NCBI GenBank assembly: GCA_022865685.1
Contig: JALHUB010000251.1
Location: 1-41,781 of the forward strand
DNA: 41,781 nucleotides
Origin: Dehalococcoidia bacterium
Lineage (GTDB): Bacteria; Chloroflexota; Dehalococcoidia; DSTF01; JALHUB01
Direction: 5' to 3'
The notes beneath the pieces are model-generated. The model made no database searches and was not told the DNA's origin. It saw only the letters and a program-made list of their open reading frames with translations. This document shows, piece by piece, positions 24,087 to 32,727 of this stretch. Numbering within the stretch: position 1 is the first letter of the stretch; the number at the start of each line of letters is the position of its first letter. The position numbers and the translations under genes were made by a program.

Positions 24087-26201
24087 TTGGCGCTCAGAAT
24101 CGCATCGATCGCTGCCGCAGCCGTCGGGATCGCCGCGTTCGCATCCACTCTGACGGCCGGCGCGCAGGAGGCCAACGGCGTTACCGTCGATGTCGCCAGC
24201 GTGGACGGCAGCCGCTTCCCCAGCCTGTCCGCCGTTGTCAACGTCCTCGACGCTAAGGGCCGCCCCGTCGCCGGCCTCGACACCGCAAGCTTCAGCGCCA
24301 CGATAGACGGCCGGCCCGCAATCGTCGAAGGACTCCAGTCCGTCGTCGACTCGCAGGTCAGCCTCTCCGTCGTCCTGGCCGTCGATGCCAGCGGCAGCAT
24401 GGCAGGCACACCGCTGAGCGCCGCACAGTCGGCCGCCGCGGAGTTCGTGAATGGCCTTTCGCCCCAGGACTCCGTCGCCGTCCTCGCGTTCAGCGACACC
24501 GTGACGGCCGTCCAGGAGCCGACGCCGGACAAGGCGACGGCCATCGGCGCCCTTCAAAACCTCACCGCCGCCGGCGATACGGCGCTCTTCGAGGCCACGA
24601 GCCGTGCCGCGGCCAAAGCCCTCGAATCGTCGTCACCGCGGCGCGTCGTCATCCTGCTGAGCGACGGCGTCGACTACGGTGGCAAGAGCAGCGTCACGCG
24701 CGACGACTCCATAGCCCAGGCGCGGGCCACCGGCGTTCCCATATACACCATCGCCCTCGGCGCCGAAGTCGACAAGGCCTACCTCAACGATCTGGCGCAG
24801 GCCACCGGAGCTCGTTTCCTGGAGGCACCCAGCCCGGAGGGTCTGTCGCAGCTCTACGCTGGCATCGCCGCCGTCCTGCGTGGCCAGTATGTCGTCGCGA
24901 TGCAGTCCCCCGCCGTCGACGTCGCGGCTTCACATGAACTCGAGCTGTCTGTCACCGTCGGAGGCACGACAGCCGTTGCCTCGAAAAGCGTCGCGTTTGC
25001 CGCGTCTGGCCAGTCCTCCCAGGTGACGCTCGAGGGGATTCGCTCCGGCGAAGATGTGAAGTCCGCCGTCACCGTCACCGCCCGGGTAAACGGCGGCGCG
25101 CCGACCGAGGTGCGCTTCCTCGTCGACGGAACGGCGGTGGCAACCGCTACGGCTCCTCCATACCAAGCGGCTCTCGATCCTGCCGCGCTGGCGAACGGAA
25201 ATCACACCCTGCGGGTCGAGGCAAGGGACGCGACAGGGATCCTGGGGTCTTCAGAGATCGGCTTCGCGGTCCCAGCCGCCGCGGCAGGCGGGACCAGCAA
25301 AGTGCCGCTGTTCGCGGCGCTTCTTGCGGTCATGGCGGCGACGGTGGTCATCTACGTATTGCGCCGGCGGCGCCCCCGTGTGAAACGACAGGTGGTCGAG
25401 GTGCGCCTGAAACCGTGGTCGAACAACACGCTGGTAGCGGGCAGCGTGTCGCTGGTCGACGAGGAGCCGGTACCCCCGCCGGCGCCCGAGCCCGTTGGGC
25501 GGCCCGGCGGCAAGCTGATCATCGTCGATGGACCTGACGCCGGCCGGGAATACCCCGTCGGCATGAGCCCCCTCAGCATCGGCAGCGCAAGCTGGTGCGA
25601 CATAACGTTCCCCGATCCGGACGAGCGCATAGGACCCGAAGAAGCGCGGGCCTGGGTCCACCAGGACAAGCTGATCTTCCACAAGTTGACGCGGCTCTCG
25701 CTCCTCGCCAGCGATGGGGCGGTCGGCGGCTGGCTCGTCCTGGAAAACGGTGACGAGGTGAACGTCGGCCACTTCCGGCTACGCTTCATCTCGCTGGCGC
25801 ACACGGCGGCGGAGCAAGACGTCCTCAACAGGGCAGTGAACGAAGCCGTGCAGCACCTCGCGGGCCGTGCCTCGGGTGGCGGAGTGGCCTCCCGGCTCTG
25901 GCCCGTTCACGACCTGCCCCCGCAGGCGCCCCAGGCCGAAGAGATGGGCCCGCAACTCGCCCCGTTCGAGATCGTGCCTGTCGACAACCCGCCGGTCGAA
26001 GCGCCCGAATCGAGAGAAGAGAACCCCGAGCCCGCACGTCCCAGGCTGTGGCCCGTCGACGACCCTCCCGTCGATTTGGCGGAGTCGGAAGACGTGGCCA
26101 ATCAACCCGATCCGTTCGAGCTCTGGCCCGTCGACGACTCGTCCGGCGAGCTGCACGGGCGAGAGGAAGATTCCGAACATCCGGCTGCCGCCTCCGTCTG
26201 A
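24087..26201 (+). CDS. Single-pass membrane protein: signal peptide, extracellular vWA + Ig-like domains, TM helix, cytoplasmic FHA domain, acidic repeat tail
   Basis: Signal AAAAVGIAAFASTLTAGAQEA. vWA MIDAS VLAVDASGSMAG...GDTALFEA...VILLSDGVDYGG. TM helix VPLFAALLAVMAATVVIYVL followed by RRRRP. FHA-like segment GKLIIVDGPDAGREYPVGMSPLSIGSASWCDITFPD...NGDEVNVGHFRLRF. Four C-terminal WPVDD-type repeats. Confidence 0.85.
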   Translation: MALRIASIAAAAVGIAAFASTLTAGAQEANGVTVDVASVDGSRFPSLSAVVNVLDAKGRPVAGLDTASFSATIDGRPAIVEGLQSVVDSQVSLSVVLAVDASGSMAGTPLSAAQSAAAEFVNGLSPQDSVAVLAFSDTVTAVQEPTPDKATAIGALQNLTAAGDTALFEATSRAAAKALESSSPRRVVILLSDGVDYGGKSSVTRDDSIAQARATGVPIYTIALGAEVDKAYLNDLAQATGARFLEAPSPEGLSQLYAGIAAVLRGQYVVAMQSPAVDVAASHELELSVTVGGTTAVASKSVAFAASGQSSQVTLEGIRSGEDVKSAVTVTARVNGGAPTEVRFLVDGTAVATATAPPYQAALDPAALANGNHTLRVEARDATGILGSSEIGFAVPAAAAGGTSKVPLFAALLAVMAATVVIYVLRRRRPRVKRQVVEVRLKPWSNNTLVAGSVSLVDEEPVPPPAPEPVGRPGGKLIIVDGPDAGREYPVGMSPLSIGSASWCDITFPDPDERIGPEEARAWVHQDKLIFHKLTRLSLLASDGAVGGWLVLENGDEVNVGHFRLRFISLAHTAAEQDVLNRAVNEAVQHLAGRASGGGVASRLWPVHDLPPQAPQAEEMGPQLAPFEIVPVDNPPVEAPESREENPEPARPRLWPVDDPPVDLAESEDVANQPDPFELWPVDDSSGELHGREEDSEHPAAASV
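25893..26156 (+). repeat. Four ~25-aa acidic repeats within the vWA-FHA protein tail
   Basis: RLWPVHDLPP (aa 603), FEIVPVDNPP (627), RLWPVDDPPV (653) and FELWPVDDSS (677), each followed by a Glu/Asp-rich stretch. The Trp/Val positions are spaced 25 aa apart. Confidence 0.75.
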
Positions 26202-26257
26202 CCCGTAGGACAGCCTCCCTTACTCTCGCAGTATCGCCTCGAATCCCTACGCATAAA

Positions 26258-26294
26258 CCCCTACAGGCTTTCCCCTAGCTGCCGATAACTAACT
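26258..26294 (+). promoter_or_regulatory. Conserved 37-nt upstream motif, copy B (before the ECF sigma gene)
   Basis: CCCCTAcAGGcTTTCCCCTAGCTGCCGatAACtaACT. Aligns with copy A at 17710-17746. Lies ~80 nt upstream of GTG 26374. Confidence 0.4.
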
Positions 26295-26373
26295 TAGGCG
26301 AACCCCCTAAGGGATACCGCCTACGGGGGAAGCACTACAACGTATCGCTACTCCGTCCTGTGGGGTTAATGCG

Positions 26374-26940
26374 GTGCTCAAACTCGACATACCGCCGGTG
26401 ACCGACGAGAGGATGCTCGTGCAGCGGGCGATTCTTCACGACAGTGAAGCCTTCGCCGGGCTCTACGATCGTCACGTCGTCCGCGTCTACCGGCACATCT
26501 ACTACATCATCAATGACCAGAAAGAGGCTGAAGACTTAACCGCCCAGACCTTCCTCCAGGCCTGGGAGGCGATCGGCCGTTTCCAACCTAGGGGTGCTCC
26601 CTTCGCATCGTGGTTGCTGCGCATCGCTCACAACCTGGCGGTCAGTCATCTGCGCGCCCGGAAGGGGGATGCGCAGCTCCACGAGTCACTTATCGACGAC
26701 GGCCTGCCCCGCAATCCCGAAGCAGTGGCCCAACGCCATGCCGAAGAGGAACGGGTCCGTCAGGCCGTCCTGCGCCTCGGCGACGACCAGCGGCAGGTCA
26801 TCATCCTGCGCTTCGTCGAGGAGCTGGACTATAAGGAAGTCGCCGAGATTCTCGGCAAAAGCGTGGCTGCGGTGCGCGTAATCCAGCACCGCGCCCTGTG
26901 CGCCCTGCGCAAGATCATGAAGGTGGAAGAGGTTGCCTAG
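26374..26940 (+). CDS. ECF-type sigma-70 family RNA polymerase sigma factor
   Basis: Region 2 (FAGLYDRHVVRVYRHIYYII...AEDLTAQTFLQAWEAIGRF...SWLLRIAHNLAVSHLR) and region 4 HTH (QRQVIILRFVEELDYKEVAEILGKSVAAVRVIQHRAL). Confidence 0.9.
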   Translation: MLKLDIPPVTDERMLVQRAILHDSEAFAGLYDRHVVRVYRHIYYIINDQKEAEDLTAQTFLQAWEAIGRFQPRGAPFASWLLRIAHNLAVSHLRARKGDAQLHESLIDDGLPRNPEAVAQRHAEEERVRQAVLRLGDDQRQVIILRFVEELDYKEVAEILGKSVAAVRVIQHRALCALRKIMKVEEVA

Positions 26941-27196
26941 CATCATCGAGGCGCTAGCCGATTGCCTGGAAGCCATGCGTGGGGGCGTGGAAATGGAGGT
27001 ATGTTTGGCGATGTACCCGGAGTGTCGCGCCGAACTGAAACCGTTACTGCAAATCGCGAGCCTCCTGCGGCCGCTGCCGCCGGAGATAACACCGTCGTCC
27101 GTCTTCAAAGAACGCACCAGGGTCCAGATCCTGGAGCGCCCCGAGGGACAGGACGGGACGTCGCTCGCGCCGGACCGGCCGTCGGGGAAGTTCTGA
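26933..27196 (+). CDS. Putative short anti-sigma factor (no TM segment)
   Basis: TTG start overlaps the sigma stop by 8 nt, with GGTGGAAGAGG upstream. IIEALADCLEAMRGGVEMEVCLAMYPECRAELKPLLQIA resembles the N-terminal helical domain found after ECF sigmas in Chloroflexi and Firmicutes. Only 87 aa, with no membrane or sensor part. Confidence 0.5.
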   Translation: MPSIIEALADCLEAMRGGVEMEVCLAMYPECRAELKPLLQIASLLRPLPPEITPSSVFKERTRVQILERPEGQDGTSLAPDRPSGKF

Positions 27197-27423
27197 CGGT
27201 GAATTGCGCGGACGGGGGAATAGGGCTCCCACCCGCAGCGAACTGGACTAATTTGGCCAGAGATGGCTTCTAAGCCGGTCACAAAGGAGGTGAGGCCCGC
27301 AAGGACTGACAGATACCCGGAGAACATCCGCCGCTCCCCGCCGGCAGCGGGCATTGGGCCTGACTCGCGGGAAGCGGTGATGAAGAAAACTCGAACAACA
27401 CTCAACATACTAGGAGGAAACAG

Positions 27424-27612
27424 ATGCGTTTCATTAATGACACCCTTCTCCGGCTTTACTGCTGGGCGAAGGACGAGACGGCCCAGACGATGGCCGAGTA
27501 CGGCCTGATCCTGGCCCTGATTTCGGTCGCCGCCATTGCCGCCCTGGTGCTCTTGGGGCCGCAGCTCAGGGCTATCTTCGACAGGATCACGGCAGCGCTA
27601 CAGGTGGCCTAG
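27424..27612 (+). CDS. flp: Flp-family type IVb prepilin (copy 2, 62 aa)
   Basis: AGGAGG SD at 27412-27417. ...KDETAQTMAEYGLILALISVAAIAALVLLG... is the Flp motif plus a hydrophobic helix. Confidence 0.88.
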   Translation: MRFINDTLLRLYCWAKDETAQTMAEYGLILALISVAAIAALVLLGPQLRAIFDRITAALQVA

Positions 27613-27630
27613 GGCGCTTCGCTGCAAACC

Positions 27631-27668
27631 CGAAAGGGGTGGGGAGGACCTCCTCCCCACCCCTTTCG
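27631..27668 (+). terminator. Strong hairpin after flp2
   Basis: CGAAAGGGGTGGGGAGG-acct-CCTCCCCACCCCTTTCG, a 17-bp perfect stem starting 19 nt after the flp2 stop. No U-tract follows. Confidence 0.6.
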
Positions 27669-27803
27669 ATCCCGATCGGGGCAACCACGCCATCGACGGA
27701 TCTGGAACCTGCGACAGGAATCCTTCCATCGGTCGATAATCAAAAGGGTAGCCGAAACCAGGAACCGAGTTGACGGTAGTAAGGCAGCCTATCATGTCGA
27801 AGG

Positions 27804-28053
27804 GCAACGGACTGCTAGATCGGCATGGCGGCGACGCGGTGGACGTCAGCGTGAAATCCTGGTACTACCCCAGCTACCCGGACCCGCCACATCAAGCGTT
27901 GCCGGCGTCGCCTGTGACGCGATCGAGGTTGAAGTAGACTGCGATCACCACTTCATAACGCCGCTGATCTCCAGCATCGTCAGTCACGTTCCTCTGAGCG
28001 AACGGTCTCGTGTCATGAACGAGCCATTTGGCCCCTGTGGCGCGGGTCACTGA
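27804..28053 (+). pseudogene. Possible degraded TadE/TadG-like pseudopilin remnant
   Basis: Frame 1 (no start codon) reads ...ACDAIEVEVDCDHHFITPLISSIVSHVPLSERSRVMNEPFGP*. This resembles the C-terminal beta-strand/FITPL tail of TadE-like proteins. Frame 3 upstream reads GDAVDVSVKSWYYPSYP. No N-terminal TM or prepilin segment is present. Confidence 0.3.
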
Positions 28054-28238
28054 CGGGGCGTCGTGGGAACCTGGGCGCGAATCTTCGGGGGAAGGCGGCG
28101 CATCGTGTTTCGGGGGTCAAGGCTTACCCATTGTGGCCGATACTCTTATAGGTGAGCTTGCCCAGCACTTAACCTGGCATTCGCTCCGACCGCGCTCGTA
28201 GCGGCGGGACGCTGATGCAGCAAACTGGAGGTAGCCCC

Positions 28239-29060
28239 ATGGCTAGAGCAGGAGCCGGCGGGTCGGTAGGTAGAATCAATGGTCGCTTCGCGCTGCTGAC
28301 CATCGTATGCGGGATCCTCAGCGCCGTCCTCGTATACGCCGCCATCGCGCGCAACGGCGGCGCCAAGCAGACCGCGTCCGCGGAGACGACAGCCGCGACC
28401 GTCATCGCGGCTGTGGACATCCCGGCGCGCACCGAGATCACCGCCGAGATGGTCGAGCTGAGAGACGTGCCGGTCAGCGGAAGGGCAGCCATGGCCCTCA
28501 GCAGCATCGACGACGTTGTTGGCAAAGTGACGCGGTACCCCGTTGTCCTCGACGATCAGCTAACTCTGAGCAAGGTTGTCTCGGTGGACGGAAGCGAAAA
28601 CGTCGACTCCCTCGCATTCGTGGTGCCGGATGGAAAGAGAGCCATCTCCATCTCCGCTGACCAGGTGCTCAGCGCCGGCGGCCTGGTATTGCCGGGGGAC
28701 TACGTTGACATAATGGGCGTTCTCTCCGGAACAAAGCCGGATGGCAGTGAAGTCGACAACTACGTCGTCAAGACCATCCTCCAGAACGTGCAGGTGCTTG
28801 CCGTGGCGCAGACCATCGCCGACGCGCCTGCCGGCGGAGAAGCCACAGCGAGCGACGGCCAGAAGGGTAGCAGCTCAGAGTCCAAGCCGAACCCCGAGGC
28901 GACGACGCTGACCATTCTCGTCTCGCCCGAGCAGGCCCAAACGCTGTTCTTGGCTGAATCCAACGGCACTCTGCGAGCAGTCGTTCGCGGCTACGGCGAT
29001 GCGAACGTGACGGAGCTGGCGCCCATCTATCAGAACCAGCTCACGCCGCCAGTGCCTTAA
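28239..29060 (+). CDS. cpaB: Flp pilus assembly protein CpaB/RcpC
   Basis: GGAGG SD before ATG 28239. N-terminal TM anchor (FALLTIVCGILSAVLVYAAI), SAF domain (VIAAVDIPARTEITAEMVELRDVP) and RcpC-type C-terminal domain. Confidence 0.85.
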   Translation: MARAGAGGSVGRINGRFALLTIVCGILSAVLVYAAIARNGGAKQTASAETTAATVIAAVDIPARTEITAEMVELRDVPVSGRAAMALSSIDDVVGKVTRYPVVLDDQLTLSKVVSVDGSENVDSLAFVVPDGKRAISISADQVLSAGGLVLPGDYVDIMGVLSGTKPDGSEVDNYVVKTILQNVQVLAVAQTIADAPAGGEATASDGQKGSSSESKPNPEATTLTILVSPEQAQTLFLAESNGTLRAVVRGYGDANVTELAPIYQNQLTPPVP

Positions 29061-29122
29061 CAGGCTCGGTCTTCGCAGGACAAGCACGAGAACCATTACA
29101 CACTTCGAGAACAGGGAAGTCG

Positions 29123-30310
29123 ATGGCAAGAACTCCGGAAGCCGTAATCATTGACCCAGACCTCGGCACGCGAGCCGACATCAAGCGGGCACTCATGCTG
29201 GCGCATTTCACCGTGTCGGGCGAAGCAGGCTACGGCATCGAAGCCGTCACCGTTGCTAAGGAACAGGTGCCCGATGTCTTCGTCGTGAGCGCTGAAGAAC
29301 CGGTCGCACGCGCCCTCCAGACGATCGAAGCCCTGGGCGACGCCCTGCCCGACACGCCGACCATCGTCTACTCCTCGCTCGCCGACGCTGCCTCCGTCCG
29401 GCGCGCCATGGTCTCGGGCGCTCGCGACTACCTCATCAAGCCTGTCAAGCCCGAGGACCTGACCCGTGCCATCTACGGCGTCATGGGGCAGGAGGAAAGG
29501 CGGCGCATGCGTGCCTCCGGCGAGCGCCAGGAGGCGCCCGCACACGGCACCGTAATCACCGTCTTCGGCGCCAAGGGCGGAATCGGCAAGACGACCATTT
29601 CGACGAATCTCGCTACTGCTCTCGTTCGCGCCACCAGCAGCACCGTTGTTCTCGTCGACATGGACACGCGTTTCGGCGACGTCGCCATCATGATGGATGT
29701 GGCCGTCGAGCAGAGCATCGCCGACCTGGCACGCCGCGTCGGCGAAATGGACCGCGACACGGTGCGCGACTACCTGGTCCGCCACCACAGCGGGGTCATG
29801 ATCCTGCCTGCGCCCCTGCATCCTACGGAGTGGCGCAACGTCACGCCGCAGCAAATCACCAAGATCATCAACCTGCTCGCAGAGTCCTACGACTACGTTA
29901 TCGTTGACACCCCAGGCACGTTCAACGAGATCGTCGCCGTGACGCTGGAGTCGGCTGGCCTCATTCTCCTCGTCACGAGCATGGACATAGCCAGCATCAA
30001 GGACACCGCGCTTGCCCTGGAGATGCTCCAGAGCGCCGACGTCTCCGAAGACAAAGTCAAGCTCATGATCAACCACTCCACGGCGGCCAACACGCTGCGC
30101 GAGGAGGACGTCGAGCGCGTACTGGAGTACAAGGTGTTCTGGCGCATCCCTCACGACCTCAACGTCGCAACCAGCACGCAGCTTGGCCAGCCGGTCGTCA
30201 TTACCAAGCCCTACGCCAGAGTTTCGCGCAGCATCAGCGACCTCGCCGCGGCTCTCAGAGGCACGGTGACGGAGAAGAAGGGCTTCCTGGAGAGGTTCTT
30301 GGGACATTGA
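29123..30310 (+). CDS. cpaE: CpaE/TadZ-like pilus localisation ATPase (atypical receiver + MinD/ParA domain)
   Basis: Receiver-like N-terminus in which Ser replaces the phospho-acceptor Asp (PDVFVVSAEEP). Deviant Walker A FGAKGGIGKTTISTNLA. YVIVDTPG Walker B region. Confidence 0.85.
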   Translation: MARTPEAVIIDPDLGTRADIKRALMLAHFTVSGEAGYGIEAVTVAKEQVPDVFVVSAEEPVARALQTIEALGDALPDTPTIVYSSLADAASVRRAMVSGARDYLIKPVKPEDLTRAIYGVMGQEERRRMRASGERQEAPAHGTVITVFGAKGGIGKTTISTNLATALVRATSSTVVLVDMDTRFGDVAIMMDVAVEQSIADLARRVGEMDRDTVRDYLVRHHSGVMILPAPLHPTEWRNVTPQQITKIINLLAESYDYVIVDTPGTFNEIVAVTLESAGLILLVTSMDIASIKDTALALEMLQSADVSEDKVKLMINHSTAANTLREEDVERVLEYKVFWRIPHDLNVATSTQLGQPVVITKPYARVSRSISDLAAALRGTVTEKKGFLERFLGH

Positions 30311-30351
30311 ACCGATGAGCCGCACGTTCACCAAAAGGAGTTGAACGCACC

Positions 30352-31716
30352 ATGACTCAGTTCCAGTGGCAAGCACGAAAAACAGGCGCCGACGCCGGTG
30401 AGGGCGGCGGCCTTCGACGTCCTACCACCTCTTCCAGCCTTCTACAGACCAGCGAGGCGCTCACCGAACTCAAGTACAAGCTCCACCAGCGCCTCATCGA
30501 AGAGCTGGACCCGGGCAAACTGGACGGCCTGGAGCCCGCGAAGGCGCGCGAAGCCGTCGAGAGTTCCGCCCGTACCCTTATCTCCCAGGAGATGCCGGGA
30601 ATAGTCGGCGTTACCAGGGACGAGCTTGTCTCCGCCGTCGCGGACGAGGTCCTCGGTCTCGGACCTATCGAGCCAATGGTAAGGGACAAATCCATTTCGG
30701 AAATAATGGTCAACGCGCCCGACACCATCTTCTTCGAGAAGGAAGGTCGCATCTTCCTTAGCCCCATCCGGTTCCGCGACTCCAACCATATCCAGCGCAT
30801 CGCGGAGCGCATCATTGCGCCGCTGGGCCGCCGCGTCGACGAGTCATCGCCCATGGTGGACGCGCGCCTGGCCGATGGCTCCCGTGTCAACATCATCATC
30901 CCGCCCGTCGCTCCCAAGAGTCCCACGATCACGATCCGTAAGTTCCGCGAGGACAAGATGACGGCGGAGGACCTTATCAGCACAGGCACTCTTACCCGCG
31001 AGCTCTGTGAGTTCCTGCGCGCCTGTGTCCAGGTGCGGCTGAACATCGTCATCTCCGGCGGCACGGGTACTGGCAAAACGACTCTACTTAACGCCCTCTC
31101 CGCTTTCATTCCAGACACGGAACGAATCATCACAATCGAAGACCCGACCGAGCTTAAGCTTCAGCAGGGTCACGTCGTTAGCCTGGAGGCGAGGCCGGCA
31201 AGCCTGGAAGGAAAGGGTGAGGTCACACAGAGAGACCTCGTTCGCAACTGCCTCCGCATGCGCCCCGACAGGATTCTCGTCGGTGAGGTGCGCGGTCCGG
31301 AAGCCTTCGACATGATGCAGGCCATGAACACAGGCCACGAAGGCTCCATTACCACCGTTCACTCCAACTCCCCGCGCGACGCTCTCGCGCGCATAGAGAA
31401 CATGATACTAATGGCCGGCCTGGAGCTACCCATGCGGGCCATCCGGGAACAGATGGCCTCCGCTGTCCACATGGTCATTCAGATAGCCCGTCTGCCTGAC
31501 GGCACGCGCAAGGTCACGGCCGTCGCCGAGGTCACCGGCATGGAGGGGCAGGTGGTGACCATGCAGGACCTCTTCCGCTTTGATCAAAAGGGCATCGACA
31601 ACGAAGGACACGTAATCGGCGAGTTCCACTTCACCGGCATCCGTCCGCAGTTTGCAGAGAAATTCAAGCTAGCCGGCGTCGAGCTCCCGCAGGACATCTT
31701 CGGTCCGGGGTGGTGA
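30352..31716 (+). CDS. cpaF: CpaF/TadA secretion ATPase
   Basis: Walker [17 protein letters not shown], Asp box [12 protein letters not shown], Walker [13 protein letters not shown] and His box [21 protein letters not shown]. Confidence 0.93.
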   Translation: MTQFQWQARKTGADAGEGGGLRRPTTSSSLLQTSEALTELKYKLHQRLIEELDPGKLDGLEPAKAREAVESSARTLISQEMPGIVGVTRDELVSAVADEVLGLGPIEPMVRDKSISEIMVNAPDTIFFEKEGRIFLSPIRFRDSNHIQRIAERIIAPLGRRVDESSPMVDARLADGSRVNIIIPPVAPKSPTITIRKFREDKMTAEDLISTGTLTRELCEFLRACVQVRLNIVISGGTGTGKTTLLNALSAFIPDTERIITIEDPTELKLQQGHVVSLEARPASLEGKGEVTQRDLVRNCLRMRPDRILVGEVRGPEAFDMMQAMNTGHEGSITTVHSNSPRDALARIENMILMAGLELPMRAIREQMASAVHMVIQIARLPDGTRKVTAVAEVTGMEGQVVTMQDLFRFDQKGIDNEGHVIGEFHFTGIRPQFAEKFKLAGVELPQDIFGPGW

Positions 31717-31720
31717 TAGC

Positions 31721-32716
31721 ATGGATCCCCTGGCATTAGCCGCGGCCCTTTCCGTGATGGTCACGGTCGTCATGGTGTTCGCCGTCTTCTACATGACCTC
31801 GATCGCTGGAAGCAACAAGCGCGTCGTGAACCGGCTCGAACACGTTGTCAATCGTAGTCCGCTAGAAGGGCTCACCACCGTCTCGGCTCTCAAGCAGACC
31901 GGCGGCGGCCTCTTCCCGACGCTCGGCAGTCTGCTGACCGGCAAGGAATGGGCCAACAAGGTCAACATCGATTTGGAGCGCGCGAACCTCAAGCTGCGTG
32001 TCGGTGAGTACCTCGCTCTACGCGTGGCCATCGCTCTGGTGGTCCTCGCGGTCGTGATATTCGTCGCAGGCCGGGGCGGACTGGGGCTCGTCGCGGGCAT
32101 TGCTGCCGCGCTGGTGGGCTACATGCTGCCCAAGATGTACCTTCGCCGTCGCATCAAGGCGCGACTTACCACGTTCGACGAACAGCTTGTGGAGGCGCTC
32201 AGTCTCGTCTCCAACGCCCTGCGCTCCGGATTCGGCTTTCTGCAGAGCATGGACCTTGCGGCCGAGCAACTGAACGACCCCCTGGCCATCGAGTTCAAGC
32301 GCACCATCAACGACATCAACGTCGGCGCCAGCTTCGAGGACGCGCTCCTGGCGCTGAACCAGCGGGTCGAGAGCAAAGACCTGGACATAGTCGTCACCGC
32401 CATCCTGATCCAGCGCACGGTCGGCGGAAACCTCGCGGAGATATTGGAGACCGTCGCCTACACCATGAGAGATCGCTCCCGCATTAAGGGCGAGTTGCGG
32501 ACGCTGACCGCGCAGCAGAAGATGTCCGGGTATATCGTCGGCGGACTGCCTATCTTCATCATCGGCATCCTGCTTCTCATGGGTAAATTGATGGGCGATA
32601 CCTACATGCAGACTCTGTTCACGGAGACCGCCGGCCGGGTGGCCCTGATGGCCGCGGTACTCCTCGAGGGACTTGGGATAATGATTATTCGCAAGATCCT
32701 CGCCATCGAGGTTTAG
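31721..32716 (+). CDS. tadB: TadB (type II secretion system F-domain platform protein)
   Basis: N-terminal TM, a central cytoplasmic T2SSF domain (FDEQLVEALSLVSNALRSGFGFLQSM...) and two C-terminal TM helices. Position immediately after cpaF. Confidence 0.85.
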   Translation: MDPLALAAALSVMVTVVMVFAVFYMTSIAGSNKRVVNRLEHVVNRSPLEGLTTVSALKQTGGGLFPTLGSLLTGKEWANKVNIDLERANLKLRVGEYLALRVAIALVVLAVVIFVAGRGGLGLVAGIAAALVGYMLPKMYLRRRIKARLTTFDEQLVEALSLVSNALRSGFGFLQSMDLAAEQLNDPLAIEFKRTINDINVGASFEDALLALNQRVESKDLDIVVTAILIQRTVGGNLAEILETVAYTMRDRSRIKGELRTLTAQQKMSGYIVGGLPIFIIGILLLMGKLMGDTYMQTLFTETAGRVALMAAVLLEGLGIMIIRKILAIEV

Positions 32717-32727
32717 CGGAGATCGAA

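Noticed and set aside
27263-27508. 81-aa ORF spanning the anti-sigma/flp2 spacer and overlapping the flp2 start
   Set aside because: The frame runs across the strong flp2 SD and ATG, the product has no features, and it is most likely a chance ORF.
18847-27612. Idea that the AAA+ ATPase and the vWA protein form a MoxR-vWA type pair
   Set aside because: The two genes are about 4 kb apart, on opposite strands, and separated by terminators and a 1-kb spacer. The ATPase motifs also do not clearly match MoxR. There is no support from the sequence alone.
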